In this document: positions 30,349-42,548 of the stretch, in pieces
Layout of the letters: the number at the start of each line of letters is the position of its first letter
Numbering within the stretch: the first letter of the stretch is position 1
Virus record (IMG/VR): IMGVR_UViG_3300035208_002115
Origin: a virus
Lineage: Duplodnaviria; Caudoviricetes
Strand: one strand, 5' to 3'
Length of the DNA stretch: 64,000 bases
Position numbers and translations under genes: made by a program
The notes under the pieces: generated by a model
Told to the model about the DNA's origin: nothing
Seen by the model: only the letters and a program-made list of their open reading frames with translations
Database searches by the model: none

Positions 30349-31641
30349 ATGGTTATTAAAGATGCACTAACAATGTTCACGGGGGTCACGAAACCCGAAC
30401 TTTTGAAAAAGATGAACACTCTTAATAAAAAAGAGTTGACTTATTTCAAAATAATGCTTGCTAAGTCTGGTGTGCTGGAAATCCGTTCGAAACCCGGTAT
30501 TGCTAAATCTGCTATCATGAAAGAGGTTGCAGATAAAATGGGATTCAGATTTTTTGATATACGTTTGTCAATGGTCGATGAAACTGATGTTGGTTTATAT
30601 CCCATTGTCACTACAAAAACGGAAAATGATGTAGAAATGAAATTCATTGAACACGTACCACCATTGTGGGCTTATGAAGCAAATCAAAACCCATCTATAA
30701 TTTTCTTCGAGGAAATGAATAGGGCTAATTTAGCTGTTCGTAACGCTGCCCTTCAAATCCTTCTGGAACGTACCATAGGTTATAATTTCAAGTTTAACAA
30801 TAATGTTTTGATGTGTGCCTCTGGTAATCTTGGTGAAGAAGATGGTACAGATGTTGAAGAATATGACTCAGCATTGAACAACCGTCTTATTCATATGAGA
30901 CACGACCTTAATATTAAGGAATGGAAAAGTGGTTTTGCTGATGATTTTGTTCTACCAACCATCGTAAGTTTCTTAACAAGTCACGGTGAACATTATTACA
31001 AAACAAAAGGTGATAAAGAAAATGATGCTATGGCTGCTTATGCAACCCCACGTTCATGGACATTCTTGTCAGATTATATTTTGACTAATTATCCACCAAC
31101 TATTGATACTGATGCACACGGTAATTCATTATTTATCAATGATAAAGAAGAAATCGTTGAAGGTGGAACTAAAGGTGCAATGCCAAAATTGGTTTATCCA
31201 CCTATTAGAGATTGGTTACCTGATATCAAAGAAATTTCGATTAGTTACGTAGGTGCTTCTGCACACAGATTTATTCGCTATTGCGAAGAATCACTCAGGA
31301 TTGGTGTTGATGATGTTATAAATCGTTACCCTGAAATCGCAGAAGACCTTAAACGATTCAACAGGGATAAAAATAGCGAACTTTTGAACGGTCTTAAAAA
31401 GTACAAAATTCCTGATTGGGATAAAAAACAGAGTGAGAATGTTAAAAACTTCCTACTCACCGTTTCTAAGGACGAATTAACTGGTTACCTGATATATGTA
31501 TTGGATGACCATTACCGTCTAAATGATGATAGCAATGACAAGAACACTAAGATTGTCAAAGAATTCATCAAAGACCCAAGGTTCAAAGAGGAATTCAGGA
31601 CTATTTACAAACATTGCGACCATAACAATGAGACTAAATAG
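30349..31641 (+). CDS. MoxR-like AAA+ ATPase
   Basis: SKPGIAKS Walker A variant, DIRLS, FFEEMNRA, ASGN, ALNNR, TPRSW; TATATTTG at 30235. Confidence 0.9.
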   Translation: MVIKDALTMFTGVTKPELLKKMNTLNKKELTYFKIMLAKSGVLEIRSKPGIAKSAIMKEVADKMGFRFFDIRLSMVDETDVGLYPIVTTKTENDVEMKFIEHVPPLWAYEANQNPSIIFFEEMNRANLAVRNAALQILLERTIGYNFKFNNNVLMCASGNLGEEDGTDVEEYDSALNNRLIHMRHDLNIKEWKSGFADDFVLPTIVSFLTSHGEHYYKTKGDKENDAMAAYATPRSWTFLSDYILTNYPPTIDTDAHGNSLFINDKEEIVEGGTKGAMPKLVYPPIRDWLPDIKEISISYVGASAHRFIRYCEESLRIGVDDVINRYPEIAEDLKRFNRDKNSELLNGLKKYKIPDWDKKQSENVKNFLLTVSKDELTGYLIYVLDDHYRLNDDSNDKNTKIVKEFIKDPRFKEEFRTIYKHCDHNNETK

Positions 31642-31664
31642 ATAGATATTCATACATTCATTAT

Positions 31665-31700
31665 AAAAAAATCTGAATTATTTTTAGTTCGGATTTTTTT
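31665..31700 (+). terminator. Intrinsic terminator
   Basis: AAAATCTGAATTA...TAGTTCGGATTTTTT. Confidence 0.7.
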
Positions 31701-31732
31701 ATTTTATACATTTGGAGAATAAAAATTTATTT

Positions 31733-32332
31733 ATGGAAAATAATTTATTAAAAAATGTTAATGATGTAATTCTAAAACAAATCATTTTCATATCAGAAAA
31801 TTATAAACCTGCTTATTTTTGTGGTAGTATAGCACTTAACACTTTTGGAATAATAAATAGACCAGTCAAGGATATTGATGTGTGTGTTCACCATTCGGAA
31901 GCCGAATCAGCTAAGAGTTATTTTAAATCACTTGAAGATAATAAATGGGATATAATGAAAATTAGGAAACCTCGTAGAAACAATTCTCATATAAGATTTG
32001 TGATAAATAATATAGAACATTGTTTATTTCTTAATAATGATATGTATTGTATCGAGGTGGAGATAAAAAAAGATTTAAAAATAAAAATATCTTTACCACA
32101 AGAAACAATAGCTGCAAAACGACAATACATAAAAGATAATTCAGGTGGATATGCCATTGATTATTCTGTAAGTAAACATGAAAAAGATGTTGAAATGTAT
32201 GATAAGATTGAGAAATCTATATTAAGACAAATAAAAATAAAAACCTTAACAGAAGAATTCAGATTAGTGTCTACTATCACCCACAAATACATAGAAAGTG
32301 ATTTAATATATAATGAAAAAGGAGAACTTTAA
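31733..32332 (+). CDS. Nucleotidyltransferase-like protein
   Basis: GSIAL...RPVKDID (GS...DxD); LRQIKIKTL tail-like motif near the C-terminus; TACATTTG at 31707. Confidence 0.65.
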   Translation: MENNLLKNVNDVILKQIIFISENYKPAYFCGSIALNTFGIINRPVKDIDVCVHHSEAESAKSYFKSLEDNKWDIMKIRKPRRNNSHIRFVINNIEHCLFLNNDMYCIEVEIKKDLKIKISLPQETIAAKRQYIKDNSGGYAIDYSVSKHEKDVEMYDKIEKSILRQIKIKTLTEEFRLVSTITHKYIESDLIYNEKGEL

Positions 32333-32334
32333 TT

Positions 32335-32712
32335 ATGACACATGTTAAAACATTTGAAAACCATTCTGGGGAATCTTCCAATAGTATAAAATGGGAAACT
32401 ATAAAAAAACATGTAGCAAATCAATTACGTAATTTGTTACAACCAAGGGATATCATCATAAAAGAAGCTGGCAAAATATTAACATATCTTGTTAAAAGAA
32501 GAATTAATAACGAAAAAGAATTGACATTCACTCAGACATGGGATGTATTCAAAGAAGTTAAAAATGATTTAATCAGTATTGTGGATAATTGGGATATTAG
32601 AATGTGTGACAAATTGATAGAACTATATCCAAAAGGTGTTCCTTCTTTCGTTAAAAATAAAAAATATAAAGCCGAATTAACTGATGATGGATGGATTTTA
32701 GTGAAAACTTAA
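32335..32712 (+). CDS. Hypothetical protein with capsid-targeting-like N-terminus
   Basis: MTHVKTFEN; TTAATATATA at 32303-32312, inside the upstream gene. Confidence 0.7.
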   Translation: MTHVKTFENHSGESSNSIKWETIKKHVANQLRNLLQPRDIIIKEAGKILTYLVKRRINNEKELTFTQTWDVFKEVKNDLISIVDNWDIRMCDKLIELYPKGVPSFVKNKKYKAELTDDGWILVKT

Positions 32713-32723
32713 TCGATTAATAT

Positions 32724-32755
32724 TTTGGTAGTTATTTAAAATATGCGTACCTTTG
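32724..32755 (+). promoter_or_regulatory. Canonical Bacteroidota sigma70 promoter
   Basis: TTTG-N20-TACCTTTG. Confidence 0.8.
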
Positions 32756-32780
32756 CACCCTTATTTTAAATAACATAACA

Positions 32781-33149
32781 ATGCGTACCAAAAGAGATGA
32801 TATTAAAAGAAAATATAATAGTATTTTCAAGGATTTCGCCACTAATTTTAATACAGAAATTGAGACATCAGATAAACCATTAATTTCCATGTTCAATGGA
32901 TATAATGATGAAATATTTCACAATTTTCATTTTCAATTTAAAAATGGTATTAAATTTTATACTATAATAAGTGATGATACTAAAAAAATCACTTATCTAA
33001 GTGTTAGGATTCCAGACCCGTCTACAAGAAAAAAGTTACCAGAATATCTAAAATACATAAATCAAAAGATGAATGTACCAATAGTGGAAGGCTTTGTAGA
33101 AAATGATGTATCCAACCCTATTAAATTAGAACCAGTCGATGCTGAATAA
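32781..33149 (+). CDS. Hypothetical early protein
   Basis: Lies between the host-type promoter and a terminator. Confidence 0.7.
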   Translation: MRTKRDDIKRKYNSIFKDFATNFNTEIETSDKPLISMFNGYNDEIFHNFHFQFKNGIKFYTIISDDTKKITYLSVRIPDPSTRKKLPEYLKYINQKMNVPIVEGFVENDVSNPIKLEPVDAE

Positions 33150-33158
33150 ATAAAATTC

Positions 33159-33184
33159 AATCCCACAAAATAGTGGGATTTTTT
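33159..33184 (+). terminator. Intrinsic terminator
   Basis: AATCCCAC-AAAATA-GTGGGATT-TTT. Confidence 0.8.
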
Positions 33185-33419
33185 ATTTAATATAATAATT
33201 AAAAATATTACATTTGTTAGTAATAAAAATAATACCTATGAATGGTCAGAAATTAATAGATTATATCGAAAAACATAACATGAAGGATAAAGAAGTTATG
33301 GTTGTAGTTCCCATCAATGGTTGGTGTAGAGCTTACGATATAAAAGACATTGGTAACGAAGCCGATGATAATACGGTTTTTATTTCAATTGAAAATATAA
33401 TATATAAAAATGAAGAAAT

Positions 33420-34193
33420 ATGAAAATTAGAAAATTGATTTTTAAGTGGTTGACAGGATGTACTGTTGAAGAATTAAATTCTGGTCGAAGACCAGTTACA
33501 TATGAAAACGGGCGTATTCATATAGCACCATCAAGTGGTAATTCTGAGTTACAGGATAATTATCTATTTGATTTCAAAAATTATGCGAGTCAATATAACT
33601 CTTTTGGTGGTGGTAATATTTCTGTTCCAACTGAAGGAAATATTGTAAGTGGTGGAGAAACTTATAAACCCACTCAGAAAATAAAAATTAAACCCATCGA
33701 GGTTTTAGAAGAACTTGAAAAAGTCCCAACCCCCTTTTCGATTACTCTTTTAGATGAAAAAATTGAAATGTTAAAAGATAAAGAAAAATTGATTGCTCAG
33801 TCATATGCCAAACGGGAAATATCTGCTCTGTTAGAACGATTAGAAAATAGAAAATATTACGTAGATAATAAAAATTTCTTCGATAGTTTTCAAAATACGA
33901 CTGATGAAAAAATTCAGATTTTATTGGATAAATATGAATTGGTTATGAAAACGTCAGACATATTTGTTCCAGAGTTCCCCAAGGAAGCTATTGAGATTAT
34001 GAAAAATTATACCAAACTGGTTGGAAAGATTTGTAATAAGAAACCCTATTATTATGTGATTGCCACATCTGATAATTTCAATGAAGTTGATAAAAAAAGA
34101 GACCCGATTTTATTGGTTCAAAGTCCGTTCGGTTTCTTCTGGCAAATTTTGGGAGCTTGGGATAAAGAAATGTTAATATTATCCGAATTATAA
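33420..34193 (+). CDS. Hypothetical protein
   Basis: 257 aa; conserved-looking C-terminus DPILLVQSPFGFFWQILGAWD. Confidence 0.7.
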   Translation: MKIRKLIFKWLTGCTVEELNSGRRPVTYENGRIHIAPSSGNSELQDNYLFDFKNYASQYNSFGGGNISVPTEGNIVSGGETYKPTQKIKIKPIEVLEELEKVPTPFSITLLDEKIEMLKDKEKLIAQSYAKREISALLERLENRKYYVDNKNFFDSFQNTTDEKIQILLDKYELVMKTSDIFVPEFPKEAIEIMKNYTKLVGKICNKKPYYYVIATSDNFNEVDKKRDPILLVQSPFGFFWQILGAWDKEMLILSEL

Positions 34194-34378
34194 TGAAAAA
34201 AATATTTTCACTTACTCAATTAGTTGATATAATAGAACATAAAGAAAATGTTTATCAGGAAATTGGTGGTAAAATGTATGAGATAAATTTCATACTTATT
34301 TTACAAAAACCATTAATCGAGTTGATAACATCTGTGAGAGACGGCATCTTATATTACAACTCTGAATACTAAATTATA

Positions 34379-35308
34379 ATGACTACTGAAGATATAAAAT
34401 TAAAAGCGTTCGAATTACATCATATGGCTAATAAGTTATATGCTGGGCAACCATATTCATTTCATTTGGAAATGGTATATGATTTTTATAAAAAATATGA
34501 ACGTTATTTAACTACCGAACAACGAATAATAGTAGAAAATGCTTTGTGGTTTCATGATGTTGAAGAAGATTGTGGAATGAGTTATCATGAGATTTCTAAA
34601 ATAATTGGGGAAGAATCTGCTGACATCGTTTTTAATGTTACTAATGAACAAGGTAAATCCAGAAAAGAAAAAATTCTTAAAACGTTATATAAAACATCCA
34701 CAGCATATGAATCTATATTTTTAAAATTGTGTGATAGGCTGGCGAATATGACTTTTTCTTTCACAGAAAAACTTAAAAATGAACAATCTGATATGTATGA
34801 TACATATGTGAATGAATATTATGTTTTAAGATATACATTAAATCGCAACGGTTGGTTCAAAGATATGTGGGTAGAATTGGATAGTTTAGCTGGATACTAT
34901 AAAGGTATTATTTATCCAAACAAAAATTATATTGAGCATCTTGTCAAAGAAAGAAGTGAATTATGGGATATGTATCAGAAATCTTTCGACCCATCAATAG
35001 GCGAATATGGTGATTATGCTATACCTGAACCAAAAGAAATTGATATACTTGGTGATAGGATTTATAAAATGGTTAAAGCAAAATCTGACCAATTACCTTT
35101 TGATTTCATCATAGAGACTTTAACCAGCCTTGGACAAGCACCTAATTTATTATATGATGATAATGGTCATTTCTGTTTAACAAGTGAAAGCTTCCAGAGT
35201 GTGTCAGCAGGTGATGAACCTTCGGACACTGAAATTAATATATTTGTATCCAAACATCAATGGAAAAATAATATTAAAGATGCCCTGAAAGAATATTTAA
35301 AAGATTAA
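34379..35308 (+). CDS. HD-domain hydrolase, Mesh1/small alarmone hydrolase-like, plus unknown C-terminal domain
   Basis: GQPYSFHL, HDVEED, KLCDRLAN. Confidence 0.75.
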   Translation: MTTEDIKLKAFELHHMANKLYAGQPYSFHLEMVYDFYKKYERYLTTEQRIIVENALWFHDVEEDCGMSYHEISKIIGEESADIVFNVTNEQGKSRKEKILKTLYKTSTAYESIFLKLCDRLANMTFSFTEKLKNEQSDMYDTYVNEYYVLRYTLNRNGWFKDMWVELDSLAGYYKGIIYPNKNYIEHLVKERSELWDMYQKSFDPSIGEYGDYAIPEPKEIDILGDRIYKMVKAKSDQLPFDFIIETLTSLGQAPNLLYDDNGHFCLTSESFQSVSAGDEPSDTEINIFVSKHQWKNNIKDALKEYLKD

Positions 35309-35313
35309 ACCGT

Positions 35314-38300
35314 ATGAAATTTTATATGTGGCAGATTTTAATATTTAAAATTTTATATAAAAAATATTGTAAATTAATATGTCATTGGAGTGGTCATATA
35401 TATACCGCATTCTGTAATAACGGTATTATTTTCAACGATGAGGTTTATCCATCAATTTTTTATGTTTGTTCAAGATGTAATAATTCATTATCACCAGAAG
35501 AATATAAACAGTATGAACGTAAACAAAAAATAAAAACAATCCTATAATATTTATGTTCAATGTTCCCCCACATAAAGAATTTTCACATAAGTTCACTTTT
35601 AAAATTATATGTGACTGGTTAAAATATAATTTCGTTATCCTTAGAATAAAATATAATTGTTCTATTCATGGACATAAATATAAATTACTTTATGAAAAAG
35701 GTAATTTTGGAAAAATATCATTGAAAGACGACATATATCAATGTTCAGTTTGTCAAAAAAGAATAATGGGAAATGACCTTTTAATGGAAGAACGAAAAAG
35801 AAAAATAAAAAGCATACTATGATAGTAATATACAAAGAAAATGATTACCCTATTAAGTCATTAAAAAATGAACAGAAATATTTAATTAAAACTATCACTG
35901 ATGATAATGTTGAATTGTTTAACATCCGAGGGATATTTAATAAATCTAATTTTTTAGATGAAGACGGGAATGAGATAAAGAGCGAAAAATATACCAATAA
36001 ATATATCATCACTAAAAAAAATACAGAACGTGGTGACAGGGTATTGTGTGTTGATAATTTTGGTGATATGCGATTAGGTGTAGGTAGTGTTTATAAAGTA
36101 GAAGATGTTGTACATTACATGGATAAATCATTTAAATTAGATTTAGTACATGATACAGATTTTATACCACAGTCAGGCTGGATATATACTACCATGAGAG
36201 GTGCTGAATTTAATCCAAATGCATTTATTAAGTTCAATAAAGAAACAGAACGATATATAAAATGTTTGAAAATTTTTGATGATATAAACGTTTTAAAATT
36301 GGAATAATATGAATGAACTGGAAGAAATGAAATCAGCTAAAGCTGAATATGACCGTATATGTCAAATTCATGAAGATTTCATAAAAGAACATACAAACCA
36401 AACACATTCCGATGTCGATGCTGTTTCTAATATGATGTCACGTTCTTCCATTGAAAATATGTCAACCATTGAAATTAAAACCATTGAAGATGTTATTCAA
36501 TGGAAAGAGATAGAAAATAAACGTTTAGAATATCATAAGAAATATGTAGATTTGTATATCAAAGCTAAACAAAAAGGGTTAATACAATGAGTATATTTTT
36601 TGATGTTGAGAAAGGTAGCATTCTTCATAAAAAAATGCTAATATGGAGTTCTTTTTCAGTATTATTTGCATTAATTGTTAATACTATTATATTGTGGTGT
36701 TTGACTTTTCATAATGGTATGGATAAAAAACCATCTTCTACAAACAGCACAATAGTCGGAATATACTGTATATGGTTTTTTTATAGTTTATTCACAATAA
36801 AAGAGATAAATAAAAAATCATTATTAACACATGCGCCATTGACTATACCAATTTATACTTTCTTATTCTTTATTTACAGATACCTACGTAATAAATATCC
36901 ATGTGTAGGTGATATAAACATTAAACGTAAAATATTAATAAAAAGATGGGGATTAAAATAAAACAAATAAAAGAGGGAAGTGAACTATTTCATAAGATAA
37001 ATAGTTATACCGTAAAAACATTCTACCTATCAATTTTAATTCAATTTATAGGCATTATTGTCTCTTTATTAATAATACACAACGTATATTATTTTATCGC
37101 AAGTGTATCGTATTTTATATGGATAATAATGTCACTGGTTTTAATAAATAAAGTAGTGGCAAATTTTTCTTTTATAAATTTAAAATTTTTTCCCGTAATA
37201 ATAATAGTTATACCAATTTTATATTTTTATTATTTTTTATTTAGAAATAAATACCCAGCATCAAAAGATGCTGATTATTTAAAGAATTTTTATAGGATGA
37301 GAAAGATAAAAGATATCTTATGATATGAGTACAAAAATATATGATGGTATGATTTTCGAATCAGATAATCTATCAAAATTTCACAAAGTCATAAAACAAT
37401 TGCATTCTGAAGCATCAATTATCAAAGATGAGTTAGCCCTTAAACTTATAGCCTATAAATATCAAACATATTTCGATAATAAAACCAGAAAAGAAGAAAT
37501 AGCAAATGATTTTAAAAGAAAATTAGATGAAAAGACTGTCAATTTTATTTTAAACAACAATTATGTATTTATTAATATCCTAACAGAATTAATAAATAAA
37601 CGCTGCAAATCTGTATTAAATTCAATTGAAAGAGATATATCATATGATTTAGATTTAGTGGTAAACTTTGCGCCAGTAAATAAAAGAATATTAATATATC
37701 CATATTATGAACAAAAGGAATATGGCATTTTATTGAATAAATATTTTAAACAATTCGGGTATTGGAACAACACAGATAAACCAGATAATGTATTGGGTCG
37801 GGATTGGACTATTAGAAAAAAAATGTGGGATAAAGTAGTGGATGAGAAGATGTTAAAATACACACTCATTAACTCTAATGATATTATAATATCTTATCCG
37901 TATTCATTCGATAATTTTAATGATTTCTCAACTAAATTAATATCATATTTCTCACCCTTACCAGAGAGAGCTTCTGAATACGCTAAAAAGAAATATATCG
38001 AAGAATTTATAAAGAATAATCAAGACTCAGAAACAACAGGTTTCGAAAGCGTTTTTAGTGCCATAGATTCTTTGAAAGAAGAAAAGGTGAAAGTCACCAT
38101 CAAGAGATACACAGAAGAAATATTAGCTACTCTACAAGAAATAGATGTTGATATATTAAACCATTATCGGCTGGAAAAATAATTAGATGAAACATAATAT
38201 TCCCAACCCACATAGAGATTATCTAAATGATTATTTAATATATTTCAAAACAGAAAAAGGTTTCGAATTATATTACGAAGCTTATGCTTTATATTTTGAA

Positions 38301-38652
38301 CAAAGTCCTAATCAATTTAGATGGACATTTCCAACATTTATTAGAAACCCCACTGGTTCTGAACGTGATAAGTATCTGAATTTAGTTAAATTAAAACATA
38401 GAAAAGAAAAAATTGAAGATATATTAGATGAAACCCCCACAACTTGATTATTATGATAGTAAAGGCACTCTTATTGACTATGACCTTTATTGGATGGCGT
38501 ACCATAATTATATTTACGAATGTAAAATGGGTGAGCATGTTTATTCTTTTACATATTTTATTAATAATGGTGTAAGTGATAAATATATTATAAATACCAA
38601 ACAAACTCACAGGAAATTAAAAATAAAAGAAATATTTAGTGATATAGAATAA
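35314..38652 (+). CDS. Operon of nine small/medium genes, most with the C-terminal tail (35314, 35553, 35819, 36309, 36587, 36946, 37325, 38187, 38428)
   Basis: Tails ERKQKIKTIL, ERKRKIKSIL, RYIKCLKIF, RMRKIKDIL, RKEKIEDIL, RKLKIKEIF; includes two zinc-finger paralogs and two membrane paralogs. Confidence 0.7.
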
Positions 38653-38711
38653 TCAATTATAATTTTTTTCTTATTTAATTATTGATTATTTTTGTTTAAA
38701 ATATTATAAAA

Positions 38712-40085
38712 ATGTTACAATTAGAAGGTAAAATAAATAAGGACTGTCAAATATTTATAGATGATGTTTAGCCACAAGCCATATCGACTATAATGAATAT
38801 TTTGAACAACTCATTGACAGAAAATGTTCCGATTCGTATTATGCCTGATTGCCATGAAGGTAAAGGTATTGTAATAGGATTTACTATGCCACTCAATAAA
38901 GGTGTCATACCCAATTGGATTGGGGTTGATATTGGATGTGGTGTGCTTGTATCAAGTTTTCCCAAATCTACAAAAATGAGTTTGGAAAAAGTAAATGCTA
39001 AAATAATCGAAACTGTCCCAACAGGTGTAAATATTCATCAGGAAAACATTTTTGGTGATATACCGTTCAATATACCACAACGCATTGCTGATTTATTCAC
39101 TGTTGAATTCAATAAAAAATTTGGAACTACTTATAAAGCACCAGTATACAATCAGGATTGGTTAGACCAAAAAATGAATGATATTGGTATATCTGATTTG
39201 ATTTTTTACAATTCCATTGGAACGCTCGGTGGTGGAAATCATTTCATTGAAATTGGTGCTGGTTCTAAAGATTATTGGGTGACAATTCACTCAGGAAGTC
39301 GTAATTTTGGTTTAAAGATTGCTAATTACTGGACAAAAGTTGCTGAAGACTCGATATCCAAACCAACAAAAGATTATAATAAGAAATTGGATGATATCAT
39401 TCAAAATACAAACGATAAAAAGTTGATACCAGAAAAAATAAAAGAATTAAAAAAATCTTTCAACATGGGTATCAATAGAAATGATGCATTCTTATCTGGA
39501 GATAATATGATGGGGTATTTATATGATATGATATTCGCCCAATTATACGCTTCATGGAGTCGTAAAACTATGTTGGGTATTATTCAAAAGATTCTTAAAG
39601 TAAAGCAGTTTTCAGAATCATTCGAAACAATACACAATTATATTGATTTTAATGACTTCATTATGCGTAAGGGTGCAATATCCTCATATGAAGGTAAAAA
39701 GATGATTATACCTCTTAATATGCGTGATGGTGTCCTTTTATGTGAAGGTAAGTCCAATGCCGACTGGAATTTTTCTGCACCGCATGGTGCAGGTAGAATA
39801 ATGTCAAGAGGTGAAGCCAAACAAAAGGTTGATTTGAAAAAATTCCAAGAAACAATGAAAGGGGTTTACTCGACCACAGTATGTAAGGAAACATTGGATG
39901 AATCACCATTTGCTTACAAGAAATCATCGGTGATAGAAGCTGCTATTGAGCCGACTGCTATCATATTGGATAAAATTAAGCCAATACTGAACATAAAAGA
40001 TGCAGGTAAACAAATGTCTTGGAAAGAAATACGAGAAGAAAAAAAACATCGTAAAGCTACTCAATATGAAAGAAAACGTAGATAA
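38712..40085 (+). CDS. rtcB: RtcB RNA ligase; in-frame TAG at 38769-38771
   Basis: IMPDCH, GVDIGCG, GTLGGGNHFIE, IHSGSR, HNY, RKGA, SAPHGAGR, DESPFAYK; upstream in-frame ATG at 38712. Confidence 0.93.
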
Positions 40086-41922
40086 TATCACCGTAGAAAT
40101 TAATGAGAGAGCCATAGTTGAAGTTATCAACTTTGATGAAAATACATCTTGGATTAGATGGTATCTACCAGATTTTTCAGATAATGGTAATATAGATTTA
40201 CCTAAAGGTGGTAATTATCAACTGAAAGAGAGAATAGGCAACATAGTTACTGTTGAATATTTGGTAAAATAATACGAATGTGATTAAAGTAGACTGGGAT
40301 AATCTAAACAAAGATGATAAGGAATTGATGTTAAAATTCCGTTATATTATTGATGCGTATGATGATGAATCGATTGATTCCACTAAAATAACTGAAGAAA
40401 AACGTGAATTTGTTACAGCCATTCACGATTTTTTAAATTATATACAAAGTTTCGAAAAGGCTCATGATGATGTTATTGGTCACATTTTAAAGTATCAAAG
40501 GCATATTATTGAAAATTTTGTTGTAAAATTCTATACAACTATTGATTTGAAAATATTCCGAAAGAAAAAACTTGATAATATATTCAATGAAGAATTTGAT
40601 ATTATTAAATAAATTTGTTAAATTGTTTAATGATAAATTCAAAGTCGTTATAGATATGAATTTTGATTTTAAAAATGAATATCATAAAGATAATACGACT
40701 TTTTATATTACATATGGACTTGATTATAACTATAACCCAGTTGCTGTTAATAAGATAAATGAATATGAAAGATATATTGATAAGCATCTTATGAATTTCA
40801 ATATTGATGAAACAGAAAATCAACCGCTTCAAGATGAAATAAATGAGGTTTATAAAAAAATACATTCAATATTAATTGAATATGGTTATCTTTCATTTCA
40901 AAAAACTCTTGATACATACCAATTAGTACAAAGAAACTGGTTTAGAATATTAAAAGAATATGATTCATATGGTTCTTCATTAATTTATGATGAAGAATTT
41001 AAAATTGCATATTCTATTTATAATAATTATGATGATATAGCATGTATTAACCGAGATAAATTAACTATCTACACTTTATTCATCATTCGGGAAGATTGGG
41101 TGTGTGAAGTTGGAGACGTTTGCTATAATATAGATAAGCAACAATTTTATTTGAATAATTATAACACATTTTATTTCCCAGAAGAATTAAGAAAAATTCC
41201 TTTAGATGTTTTTTCTGGAAAAGCTGCATTTTATTACCATCCTGAAATAAATACTGTTGTATTAAAATGTGATGATTTTACAGTCACAAAAATACCGTCT
41301 TCAATTATTCATTCCAATGGTTATATTAACTTGGTGTATGATAAATCTTTATTGAGAAAAATAAAAATAGAAAATATTAATATTTAATTGGTGTTTTATA
41401 AAAAAAGGTATACCTTTCCATTAATTTAAATTTCATATTTAAATTCAAAAATAATGTATAAAAGATATGGAATGTTTAACAGTAGATAAATATGATTATA
41501 AAATCAATTGGTATAATTCTGAGTTAAAAACCTTAAAAAATAAAATAATAGATACTCGCACAGATAATATTATTAAAGAATATTTATACAAGCCACTTTA
41601 TTTAACTTTAAATATTTATCCAAAACATTTAATAGACGTAATTCATAAGACTTGTATAGAAAATAATAATACTGATGTTTCTATTTCTGAATACAAGAAA
41701 CTATATCAACCTTTTAAAATAAAAATAAAAGATGATTCTAAATATGTAATTAAGAGAACCTATTTAGTTAATGAAAGATTTAGAGTAGAAGAATATAACA
41801 CCAATGTTTTATTTATCATCGAAGATGTAATAAAAGAAATTACTTCGATGTTCGTTAACAGTGAACAAATAATAAAAGTCGTAAAACCACAACTTTATCT
41901 TCGTATGGCTACTTTGAATTAG
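40066..41922 (+). CDS. Four hypothetical genes (40066-40272, 40280-40612, 40572-41387, 41467-41922)
   Basis: Two carry the tail (FRKKKLDNIF; LRKIKIENI). Confidence 0.65.
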
Positions 41923-41983
41923 TTATTTTAACTTAAAAAAATATTATTTATTTTTTAATATATAAAGAAAAATAATATTTTAT

Positions 41984-42472
41984 ATGAGCCATATATTAAA
42001 CTTTAACAATTTCCGTATACATGAATCTAAATTCGATAAATCTGAATTTGATTCAGTAACAGAAGATATTAAAAATATCCTTAATATGAACTTTTCTCCA
42101 GCTAAAAATATCTTTTATAAAGTTGGTGAAGAATTTTTAGATTACCCCAAATACTTAGCAACCAAAATTATTCCAACAGCCGTGCGTTTCAATGTGACTG
42201 ACCAAGATTTTAAATATACAGACCCAGATGATGAATTACGGAACGAATATACGGAAGGGGTTCTTTCAAAAAGAGCCAATGATATTGGGTTAATGCCTGT
42301 TGATAAATATGAAGAAAATGGTAAATTTTTTATGGAATATGAGGTTATTCTACATGATGTAGATTTAAACCGAGCTGTTAAATATGGGGATGATGATGAC
42401 GAAGAATCTTTTGATGGTAAATACTCTGACGATAATGAAGATGATGGAGAAGGTTTAAAAGGAGTTTTTTAA
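41984..42472 (+). CDS. Acidic protein with capsid-targeting-like N-terminus
   Basis: MSHILNFNNFRIHE; TTAATATATA at 41955. Confidence 0.7.
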   Translation: MSHILNFNNFRIHESKFDKSEFDSVTEDIKNILNMNFSPAKNIFYKVGEEFLDYPKYLATKIIPTAVRFNVTDQDFKYTDPDDELRNEYTEGVLSKRANDIGLMPVDKYEENGKFFMEYEVILHDVDLNRAVKYGDDDDEESFDGKYSDDNEDDGEGLKGVF

Positions 42473-42497
42473 TATATTTTTTTCCAATCTTATTTTT

Positions 42498-42529
42498 CCC
42501 AAGTTGTATATAACGACTTGGGTTTTTTT
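42498..42529 (+). terminator. Intrinsic terminator
   Basis: CCCAAGTTGT-ATATA-ACGACTTGGG-TTTTTTT. Confidence 0.8.
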
Positions 42530-42548
42530 ATTATATTTGTAATAAAAA

